This document shows positions 1 to 7,461 of a DNA stretch of 64,000 bases, one piece after another. A program made the position numbers and the translations under genes. The notes beneath the pieces were generated by a model. That model saw nothing but the letters and a program-made list of their open reading frames with translations. It did not search any database and was not told where the DNA came from. Numbering within the stretch: the stretch's first letter is position 1; every line of letters starts with the position of its first letter. This DNA comes from Bacteroidales bacterium (GTDB taxonomy: Bacteria > Bacteroidota > Bacteroidia > Bacteroidales > Bacteroidaceae), in contig SFIS01000003.1 in assembly GCA_004555245.1 (NCBI GenBank), positions 11,306 through 75,305 of the forward strand. Direction: 5' to 3'.

Positions 1-560
1 TATTCTCTAACACGAACAAGACGGGCATATACACCGGCGTCCTGGAATCCACCTTGCCCGGACGTTCGGAAGAGTATGGCGGACTGTGGTATTATGTCGA
101 TGCGGCAAACAACAAGGTAGGCATCTCGCGTCCGGACTATACAACCACTGCCGACGGGCTCTACTATGCAAACATCAACGGCAACACAACCCGCGTCTTC
201 CAGGACGGCATCATCGTTGACGGTGTGGATGAGCAGGGCAATCCCAACCGGACCATCGTCTCTGCCGAGAACTATTACCACCGGCTCTACAGCATCGCCG
301 AGGCCAACACCTTCAGCGCATCGTATGTCAAGCTGCGCGAACTCTCGCTCACCTATGCTTTCCCGAAGCGCATCATAAGCCGTGCCGGCATCCAGGGCGC
401 ATCGATTACTCTCTCAGGACGCAACCTGCTGATTCTGCACAAGGACGCACCGAACATCGACCCCGAAGCATCCATCACGGCTGGCAACGCACAGGGCGTA
501 GAGGCCTATACTCTGCCCACTGCCAGGACATTCGGCGTCAACCTCACAGTTTCATTCTGA
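1..560 (+). CDS. SusC/RagA TonB-dependent outer membrane receptor, C-terminal part (5' end outside window)
   Basis: ORF ends SYVKLRELSLTY...GRNL...IDPE...PTARTFGVNLTVSF, a typical SusC beta-barrel C-terminus with terminal Phe; followed by a SusD-like gene. Confidence 0.9.
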   Translation, partial: FSNTNKTGIYTGVLESTLPGRSEEYGGLWYYVDAANNKVGISRPDYTTTADGLYYANINGNTTRVFQDGIIVDGVDEQGNPNRTIVSAENYYHRLYSIAEANTFSASYVKLRELSLTYAFPKRIISRAGIQGASITLSGRNLLILHKDAPNIDPEASITAGNAQGVEAYTLPTARTFGVNLTVSF

Positions 561-584
561 CAAACGAACAAAAAACTTACGGAC

Positions 585-2018
585 ATGAAAAAACAAATAT
601 ATATACTTCTCGCGGCTGCCGCGGTTCTGACAGCTTCGTGCGGCGATACGCTTTCCGAGATCAACAAGAACCCGAATGCTACGGAGAATCCGTAGCCTGC
701 CTATCTGCTTTCGTCAACTGAATATCACGCCGCAAACCTCTATTGGGGCTCGTCAACAAACTACAACTCCACGCTGCTGTGGGTGCAGCATTGGGCAAAG
801 ATACAATACACGGAGCCCGACTGCTACAACGTCGATAACAACGATTTCGTCACTACATGGGACACGGGCTATGCCTCTATTCTGACAAACCTGACAGCCA
901 TCACGCGTTCAGAGCTTGGCAACGACAGCTACACGGCGGTGGCGGAGATTCTGAAGGCGTGGACGTTCCTGCTTCTGACAAACCTCTATGGCGACATTCC
1001 ATATACGGAGTATGCCACGACAACGACGCCCGCCTATGACAGTCAGGAAACTGTCTTGCGCGGTCTGCTTGCCGACCTCTCCTCTGCCGCCACACTCCTC
1101 TCGCAGAGCAGGGAGGGCATCTCGGGCGACCTTGTATATGGCGGCGACCTGACGAAATGGCTGAAGCTGGCAAACTCGCTCCGACTGCGCATAGCGCTCG
1201 AGCTGGCTGACAGAGACGAGGCCACGGCGCGCGAAATCATCGCTGCAGCCTATAGCAACCGCCAGAATCTCATAAGCGGCAACGACGACAACTTCAGCTT
1301 CCGCTTCACGGCGTCGCCGCAGTGGAATCCCTGGGCTTCCGCTTTCAGCGCCCGCGACGACCAGCGTGTGTCGAAGACCCTCGTGGATAAACTGACAGAG
1401 CTCGGCGACCCGCGTCTCCCCGTCTTTGCACAGCTGCCGCAGGACACCTCCGTTGACCATTATGCCGGAGCGGGAAACGGCCTTTCTGCCGACGCGGCAA
1501 ACAACCAGGGCTTCTACAAAGTCTCGCGTCCCGGTACGGCTTTCCTGGCTGACGATGCGCCGGCGGTGTTCTTCACCTACGCCGAGGTGCTCTTCTCGTT
1601 CGCCGAGGCAGCGGCACGAGGCTTTATAAATGCAGATGCGGCAGCGCTGTACAGCCAGGCCGTAAGCGCATCGCTCAAGCAATACGGCGCTGACGAAGAG
1701 GAGATACGGGAGTATCTGCAGAAAGACGGAGTGAAGTATGATGCGGCACGATGGTATGAATCAATAGGATGGCAGAAATGGATTGCGTTCTACGGACAGG
1801 GCCCCGACGCTTTCACCGACTGGCGCCGCCTCGGTTATCCGACGTTGACACCTGGACCGAACACCGTCCTTGACCCGGGCGAGACACCGCGACGGTTCTT
1901 CTATCCTTCTACCGAACAGTCTCTGAACAGCGTAAGCTACAAAGTGGCGGTGAGCCGTCAGGGCGTTGACCTCATCACCACACGCCTATGGTTCGACGTG
2001 GAGAATAAGGGCAGGTGA
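585..2018 (+). pseudogene. SusD/RagB family lipoprotein interrupted by an in-frame TAG at codon 37 (693-695)
   Basis: ATG 585 gives MKKQIYILLAAAAVLTASCGD (lipobox) EINKNPNATENP*PAYLL, in frame with ORF 783-2018, which has SusD motifs (LYGDIPY, LANSLRLR, QKWIA, DWRRLGYP, RLWFD). Confidence 0.8.
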
Positions 2019-2043
2019 ATAACTGCCTGAAATATAACCTCTT

Positions 2044-2079
2044 GTATATTGCATACCATCTTTGTGGTATGCAATATAC
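2044..2079. terminator. Perfect 15-bp inverted repeat (susCD terminator or operator of the downstream operon)
   Basis: GTATATTGCATACCA-tctttg-TGGTATGCAATATAC. Confidence 0.5.
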
Positions 2080-2115
2080 TATTTGAATGGTATTTCGCGG
2101 ATGTTATTTTCTATG

Positions 2116-2123
2116 TAATTTTG
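2116..2123 (+). promoter_or_regulatory. Bacteroidetes sigma-A -7 box of the sulfur/encapsulin operon
   Basis: TAATTTTG(C) matches TAnnTTTG; predicted start about 2130, at the 5' end of the structured leader. Confidence 0.7.
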
Positions 2124-2130
2124 CACACGG

Positions 2131-2217
2131 AAAATCAAAGACGGGCACCATTTGCCTGCGATGCTCCGCTCCGCAGCCAAATGACAAGCCCTATTTCCCG
2201 TGTGCGAGGAAGCACTC
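2131..2217 (+). ncRNA. Candidate structured cis-regulatory RNA (riboswitch-like), copy 1
   Basis: Nested stems GGGC/GCCC, CATTTG/CAAATG, CTGCG/CGCAG plus a GAGGAA-loop hairpin; 78/87 identical to 9860-9946. Confidence 0.65.
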
Positions 2218-2248
2218 AGAAAAATAAAAAATACAAAAACGAGATATC

Positions 2249-2722
2249 ATGGACAAGAAATTGAGTATCATCGCCTTCAGCGGTGATTTTGACAAACTGA
2301 CAGCGGTCTTCACCCTCGCTACAGGTGCTGCGGCAGTGGGATACGAGGTGAATGTCTTCTTCACGTTCTGGGGACTTGATGCCTTGAAGAAGAAGAAAGG
2401 CAGGGCTCTGGCGGGCGACAGCCCGCTGACGAAACTCTTCGGATTTATGATGGGAGGGCTGAGCGCAGCTCCCAACAGCAGGTTCAACTTCTTCGGACTG
2501 GGTCCGAAAATCTTCCGTAGCCTTATGCGGAAGAAGAACGTGGCGACACTCGAAGAGCTTGTTGAGGCGGCTAAAATGCTCGGCGTGAACCTGTACGCCT
2601 GCGAGATGGCGATGCATGTGCTGGGACTGACGAAAGAGGATTTCATTCCGGAGGTGAAGGATGTGCTCGGAGTGGCCTCGTTCCTGAAAATATCTGACGG
2701 AGGACAAACCTTATTCATTTAA
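2249..2722 (+). CDS. DsrE/DsrF-like (DrsE_2-type) sulfur relay protein
   Basis: SIIAFSGDFDK...FFTFWGL...LYACEMAM motifs with the conserved Cys. Confidence 0.85.
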   Translation: MDKKLSIIAFSGDFDKLTAVFTLATGAAAVGYEVNVFFTFWGLDALKKKKGRALAGDSPLTKLFGFMMGGLSAAPNSRFNFFGLGPKIFRSLMRKKNVATLEELVEAAKMLGVNLYACEMAMHVLGLTKEDFIPEVKDVLGVASFLKISDGGQTLFI

Positions 2723-2735
2723 ATACAGACAGACT

Positions 2736-2960
2736 ATGGCAACAAAAGTACTGGACATAACGAAAGAACACTGCCCTATGACTTTCGTGAAGACAAAGAT
2801 AGAATTGTCGAAACTCAATGCGGGCGACACCCTCGAAGTGTTGCTCAGCGAGGGCGAACCCTTGGAGAATGTGCCGCGCAATGCGGCGGAGCAGGGCTTC
2901 AACGTCGAGAGCGTGAAGCATGTGGAAGGCAAGACATATAAAGTGACTATAAAAAAATAA
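2736..2960 (+). CDS. tusA: TusA/SirA family sulfurtransferase
   Basis: 74 aa, LDITKEHCPMTFVKTK (variant of the CPxP motif), GDTLEVL. Confidence 0.85.
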   Translation: MATKVLDITKEHCPMTFVKTKIELSKLNAGDTLEVLLSEGEPLENVPRNAAEQGFNVESVKHVEGKTYKVTIKK

Positions 2961-2969
2961 ACATTCATT

Positions 2970-4409
2970 ATGGCAGAAGCAAACATCCAGCGCAGTGTCA
3001 CTACTGCAACAGCCAGAAAACTGGCTACAACAACAAAGACAGCCCCGCAGATGGGAAGCATCACTCCGCGTCTCTTGCTGAAACTACTACCGTGGGTACA
3101 GGTGAGCGGCGGCACATTCCGCGTCAACCGCACCAAGGTGGAGCTACGCAAAAGCGAACGACTGCCCATAGAATATCACAACGGGCAGCCTACCTTCACG
3201 GCACAGAACCTGAAGGCCATACCTCTCTTCTCGGAGTTCTCTGACGAGATAATCGACCGCCTTGTCAGCTCGTTTGAGACAAGCGAGGTGGAGATTGGAG
3301 AACTCTTTGTAGAGGAAGGCGTTGACAAGCAGAAATTCTTTGTCGTGGCTCAGGGACAGGCTGAAGTGATCAGCAAGGGGCCGCACGGCGAGGAACTGCG
3401 CATCGCACTGCTCGGCGACGGAGAATACTTCGGAGAGACTGACCTCATCGACGATGCGGAATCGACCGTCTCCGTAAGGGCTGTCACACCTACCGTTTTC
3501 CTCGGGCTGAGGCTCTCCGAGCTTGTCAGGTTCATAGAAGAGGCGCCGGACTTCCGCGAGACTTTCAACAAGGCGGTCGATAAGCAGCTGAGACTGAAAG
3601 CGAGTGTCAACGACCAGGGAGAGAAGCATGTCGAACTGCTCAGCGGACACGAGGAGGACAACATCATACCGGAGACATATATCGACTATGAGGAGAACCC
3701 GCGCGAATATCCGCTCAACACGCTGCAGACCGTCGTGCGTGTACACACGCGTGTCTCTGACCTGTATAACAATCCCTACAATCAGCTCGAGGAGCAGCTC
3801 CGCCTCTCTATCGAGAGCCTCAAGGAACGGCAGGAGTGGGAGCTCATCAACAACAGGAAGTTCGGCCTCTTGGCATCCGTAAGCCCTGCCTACCGCATCA
3901 ACGCACGCTACGGCACGCCAACGCCCGACGACCTTGACGAGCTTCTCGGCCTTGTATGGAAAGAGCCTGCTTTCTTCATCGCGCATCCGCGTGCCATCGC
4001 CGCTTTCGAACGCGAGTGTACATGGCGAGGTGTGCCGCCGACGGCTGTTGACCTCTTCGGACAGAAAGTCATCGTATGGAGGGGAGTGCCTCTCATACCG
4101 TCTGACAAGATTGAGGTTGAAGGACAGTATCTGACAGGGCGCGGAGTGGGCACGACAAAGATTATCCTGGTGCGCGTGGGAGAGAAGAGCCAGGGCGTCG
4201 TGGGGCTGCACCAGAGCGGAATACCGGGAGAGATAGCCCCCTCGCTCAGCGCACGCCTCATGGGATTGGACAAGTTCGGAGTGGCATCCTACCTGCTCAC
4301 GAAATATTTCAGTCTCGCCGCTCTCACCGACGATGCCATAGCCGTGCTCGAGAATGTCGAGGTGGGATACTACCACGACTACCAGCACAGAAACAGGGTG
4401 GAGAAATAA
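2970..4409 (+). CDS. Family 2B encapsulin shell protein (SrpI-like HK97 fold with cNMP-binding domain insertion)
   Basis: N-arm ARKLATTTKTAPQM.SITPR.LL.LLPWV.V.GGTFRVNR; cNMP-like insert (IPLFSE...GEYFGE); IPETYIDYEENPREYPL...VHTRVSDLYN.PYNQ.EEQLRL; WRGVPLIPSDK. Confidence 0.92.
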   Translation: MAEANIQRSVTTATARKLATTTKTAPQMGSITPRLLLKLLPWVQVSGGTFRVNRTKVELRKSERLPIEYHNGQPTFTAQNLKAIPLFSEFSDEIIDRLVSSFETSEVEIGELFVEEGVDKQKFFVVAQGQAEVISKGPHGEELRIALLGDGEYFGETDLIDDAESTVSVRAVTPTVFLGLRLSELVRFIEEAPDFRETFNKAVDKQLRLKASVNDQGEKHVELLSGHEEDNIIPETYIDYEENPREYPLNTLQTVVRVHTRVSDLYNNPYNQLEEQLRLSIESLKERQEWELINNRKFGLLASVSPAYRINARYGTPTPDDLDELLGLVWKEPAFFIAHPRAIAAFERECTWRGVPPTAVDLFGQKVIVWRGVPLIPSDKIEVEGQYLTGRGVGTTKIILVRVGEKSQGVVGLHQSGIPGEIAPSLSARLMGLDKFGVASYLLTKYFSLAALTDDAIAVLENVEVGYYHDYQHRNRVEK

Positions 4410-4453
4410 GCTGACCCGTCAACTTAATGAATCAACTCGTCAACCAAACTATC

Positions 4454-6001
4454 ATGCTTCAATCATACTATACCAACCCTCTACCCACTGCCGACGATAC
4501 AACCCTGCAGCGTCTCCGCGACCTCGCAGCGGAGTATTGTCCGGAGGAGGTACAGGACACTCGCCGGGAGATTCTGCCCGACGAGTGTCTGGACCTCACA
4601 CATCTCGAGGAGGAGTTCAGACTTATACTCGAGGGCGGACTGCCCTTTGCCGATGCCCGCATACAGGCAACACCGTCTGCGTCAGAAACACGGTTCGGGC
4701 AGACGAACATCGTGAAGGAAGACGGATTCGGTGTCGGCATACCCGAAACGCAGAAGCTGCAGCAACTGAACTTCGACGAGCCGGACACTCTCGATTCGGA
4801 CGCCATAAGGCGAGACTTTCCCGTGCTCAACCAGAAGGTGAACGGACACGACCTCGTATGGCTCGACAACGGAGCGACGACACAGAAGCCGCTGCAGGTG
4901 ATAGACCGTATCTCCGACTATTACAAACACGACAACTCGAACATACACCGCGGCGCGCACACTCTGGCGGCACGTGCCACAGATGCCTACGAGGAGGCAA
5001 GAGACAAGGTGCGAGACTTCATACACGCCGCGTCGTCTGACGAGATTATCTTCGTGAGAGGCACCACGGAGGGCATTAACCTCGTCGCCCAGACTTACGG
5101 AAGACAGTATCTGTCGCCCGGAGACAATGTCATCGTTTCAACTCTCGACCATCACGCCAACATCGTGCCGTGGCAAAGGGTGTGTCAGGAAAAGGGATGC
5201 GAACTGCGCGCTATTCCCGTTGACAAGAACGGAGACCTCATCCTCTCAGAACTCGAACGCCTCATCACGCCACGCACGCGCTTTGTCAGCGTCGGACATG
5301 TCAACAACACATTCGGCACCATCAACGACGTGGAGCGTATCATAGACATCGCACACTCGCATCAGGTGCCCGTCCTCATCGACGGCGCGCAGTCTGTCGC
5401 TCACACGCCGGTTGACGTCCAGGCGCTCGGAGCGGACTTCTTCGTCTTCAGCGGACACAAGATCTACGGACCTAACGGCATCGGGGTGGTGTATGGCAGG
5501 AAAGAGATTCTCGACCGTATGCAGCCGTGGCAGGGCGGCGGCAACATGATCAAGGACGTGACAATCGAACGGACGGAATACAACGACCCGCCGGCACGCT
5601 TCGATGCAGGCACACCCAATGTGGCTGATGCCATCGGACTGGGGGCTGCCCTCGATTATGTCAGGCATATCGGCATACGCAACATCGAACACCACGAACA
5701 TGTCCTGACAGAGTATGCGCGCGAGCAGCTCGCCCTCATCCCCGGCCTCACCCTTCTGGGCAACCCGAAACACAGGGTCAGCGTCGTATCGTTCGTGCTC
5801 GAAGGCATACCCGTGCCGGAGACTGGCAAGCTGCTCGACCGGGAAGGCATTGCTGTGAGGGCGGGACACCACTGCGCACAGCCTGCCCTGAGAGCTTTGG
5901 GATATGAGATGAGTGTACGCCCTACATTCGCCCTATACAACACCCGCGAGGATGTCGATAGACTTGTAGTGGCTGTAAGGAAGATTGTGGGGGAGAGATG
6001 A
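4454..6001 (+). CDS. Cysteine desulfurase (SufS-like, class II) with ~110-aa N-terminal extension; probable encapsulin cargo (alternative start 4427)
   Basis: IRRDFPVL...WLDNGATTQKP, SNIHRGAH, FSGHKIYGP (PLP Lys), RAGHHCAQP (catalytic Cys). Confidence 0.92.
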   Translation: MLQSYYTNPLPTADDTTLQRLRDLAAEYCPEEVQDTRREILPDECLDLTHLEEEFRLILEGGLPFADARIQATPSASETRFGQTNIVKEDGFGVGIPETQKLQQLNFDEPDTLDSDAIRRDFPVLNQKVNGHDLVWLDNGATTQKPLQVIDRISDYYKHDNSNIHRGAHTLAARATDAYEEARDKVRDFIHAASSDEIIFVRGTTEGINLVAQTYGRQYLSPGDNVIVSTLDHHANIVPWQRVCQEKGCELRAIPVDKNGDLILSELERLITPRTRFVSVGHVNNTFGTINDVERIIDIAHSHQVPVLIDGAQSVAHTPVDVQALGADFFVFSGHKIYGPNGIGVVYGRKEILDRMQPWQGGGNMIKDVTIERTEYNDPPARFDAGTPNVADAIGLGAALDYVRHIGIRNIEHHEHVLTEYAREQLALIPGLTLLGNPKHRVSVVSFVLEGIPVPETGKLLDREGIAVRAGHHCAQPALRALGYEMSVRPTFALYNTREDVDRLVVAVRKIVGER

Positions 6002-6032
6002 TTTCCACGCCCCACACGCCAACTGAATCATT

Positions 6033-7274
6033 ATGAAATACGAGACAAATATTCTGAATACCATGTATCAGCAGCCCGACGCCTACGGGGCTCTCTCGAT
6101 GCCGGTATATCTCACCGCATCGTTTGAGTTCCCTTCGGCAAAGGCGATGACTGATGCTTTCAGCGGACGGACGCCCGCACCTTCTTACTCCCGGATAGCC
6201 AACCCCACCACAACTCATTTTGAACAGCGCGTCAGAACCGTGACGGGGGCGCTGAGCGTCACGGCTCTCAACACCGGCATGGCCGCTATAGCGCATGCGC
6301 TGATCAATGTCAGCGAGGCGGGGCTGAACATCGTGGCGTCGAAACATCTCTTCGGCAACTCCGTCTCCCTCATGCGCGACACGTTGGGATCGCTCGGCGT
6401 GGAGACGCGCTTTGTGGATTTCACATCCACGGACGATGTACGCAACGCCATCGACGACAAGACCTGCGCGCTCTTCTTCGAGGTTATCACCAACCCGCAG
6501 CTCTTTGTGGCGGACATTCGTGCCCTGGCTGAACTGGCTCACGAGCGTCACGTGCCTCTCTTCGCTGACACCACGGTAGTGCCGTTCTCCGTATTCAAGG
6601 CGCACGATTTCGGCGTGGATGTAGAACTCGTGTCGAGCACGAAGTATATCTCCGGCGGAGGGACAGGACTCGGCGGACTGATAATAGACTACGGCAGTTT
6701 CGACTGGTCGTTGTCGTCTTCTGCCAACCTGCGGGCACGTGTGAGACGCGTAGGCAAACGACAGGCCTTCACGGCACGGCTGAAGACGGAGCTGCTGACA
6801 AACCTCGGAGCTCTCATGGTGCCGCAGGTGGCTTATATACAGACGCTCGGACTTGACACTCTCAACCTCAGATTCCAACGTCAGGCTTCAACAACGCTGT
6901 GGCTCGCCACACAGTGCCGCAGTCTGAAAGCCATAAGGCACGTCAACTATACGGGACTGGAAGACAACCCCTGCCACGAACTCGCGACACGACAGTTCGG
7001 AACGTTGCACGGTGCCGTCTTCACCATAAGCCTGCAGTCGAAAGAGGCGGCGTTCTCATTTATCGACCGGCTGAAAATCATACGGCGTGCAACGAACCTC
7101 TTCGACCGGAAGACACTCGCCATACATCCGGCAAGCACCATCTTCGTCACATTCACCGATGACGAACGGCGCGATATGCAGGTGGATGACACAATGGTGA
7201 GGCTGAGTGTCGGACTGGAAGACCCCGCCGACTTGTTTGATGACATACGTCAGGCGTGCGAAACGGATGTATAG
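6033..7274 (+). CDS. Cys/Met metabolism PLP enzyme, O-acetylhomoserine sulfhydrylase (MetY)-like
   Basis: YSRIANPT, TGMAAI, EVITNPQL, SSTKYISGGG (PLP Lys), IHPASTI, VRLSVGLED. Confidence 0.85.
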   Translation: MKYETNILNTMYQQPDAYGALSMPVYLTASFEFPSAKAMTDAFSGRTPAPSYSRIANPTTTHFEQRVRTVTGALSVTALNTGMAAIAHALINVSEAGLNIVASKHLFGNSVSLMRDTLGSLGVETRFVDFTSTDDVRNAIDDKTCALFFEVITNPQLFVADIRALAELAHERHVPLFADTTVVPFSVFKAHDFGVDVELVSSTKYISGGGTGLGGLIIDYGSFDWSLSSSANLRARVRRVGKRQAFTARLKTELLTNLGALMVPQVAYIQTLGLDTLNLRFQRQASTTLWLATQCRSLKAIRHVNYTGLEDNPCHELATRQFGTLHGAVFTISLQSKEAAFSFIDRLKIIRRATNLFDRKTLAIHPASTIFVTFTDDERRDMQVDDTMVRLSVGLEDPADLFDDIRQACETDV

Positions 7275-7326
7275 CACGTAAGGACCAGCAATGACGAAGC
7301 GACATTCTTGATGACGAGATATGACA

Positions 7327-7363
7327 AAAGGGGCATGAACCGATTGACGGCTCATGCCCCTTT
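7327..7363. terminator. Bidirectional terminator-like hairpin between convergent genes
   Basis: AAAGGGGCATGA...TCATGCCCCTTT. Confidence 0.7.
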
Positions 7364-7461
7364 GGGCTCAGGGAGGTGTGAACGGATGCGGTATGGATTC
7401 TTGTCGTACAGATGATACGAACGGATGCGGTATCTATCCTTCTTGTATAGGACGTTATGCG

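Noticed and set aside
693..695. Amber recoding (pyrrolysine or genetic code 15)
   Set aside because: TAG serves as the normal stop of several complete genes in the window, and no other gene has an internal TAG
2970..4409. Prophage major capsid or CRP-family regulator
   Set aside because: No terminase, portal, tail or integrase nearby and no HTH; motifs and the desulfurase neighbour fit a Family 2B encapsulin
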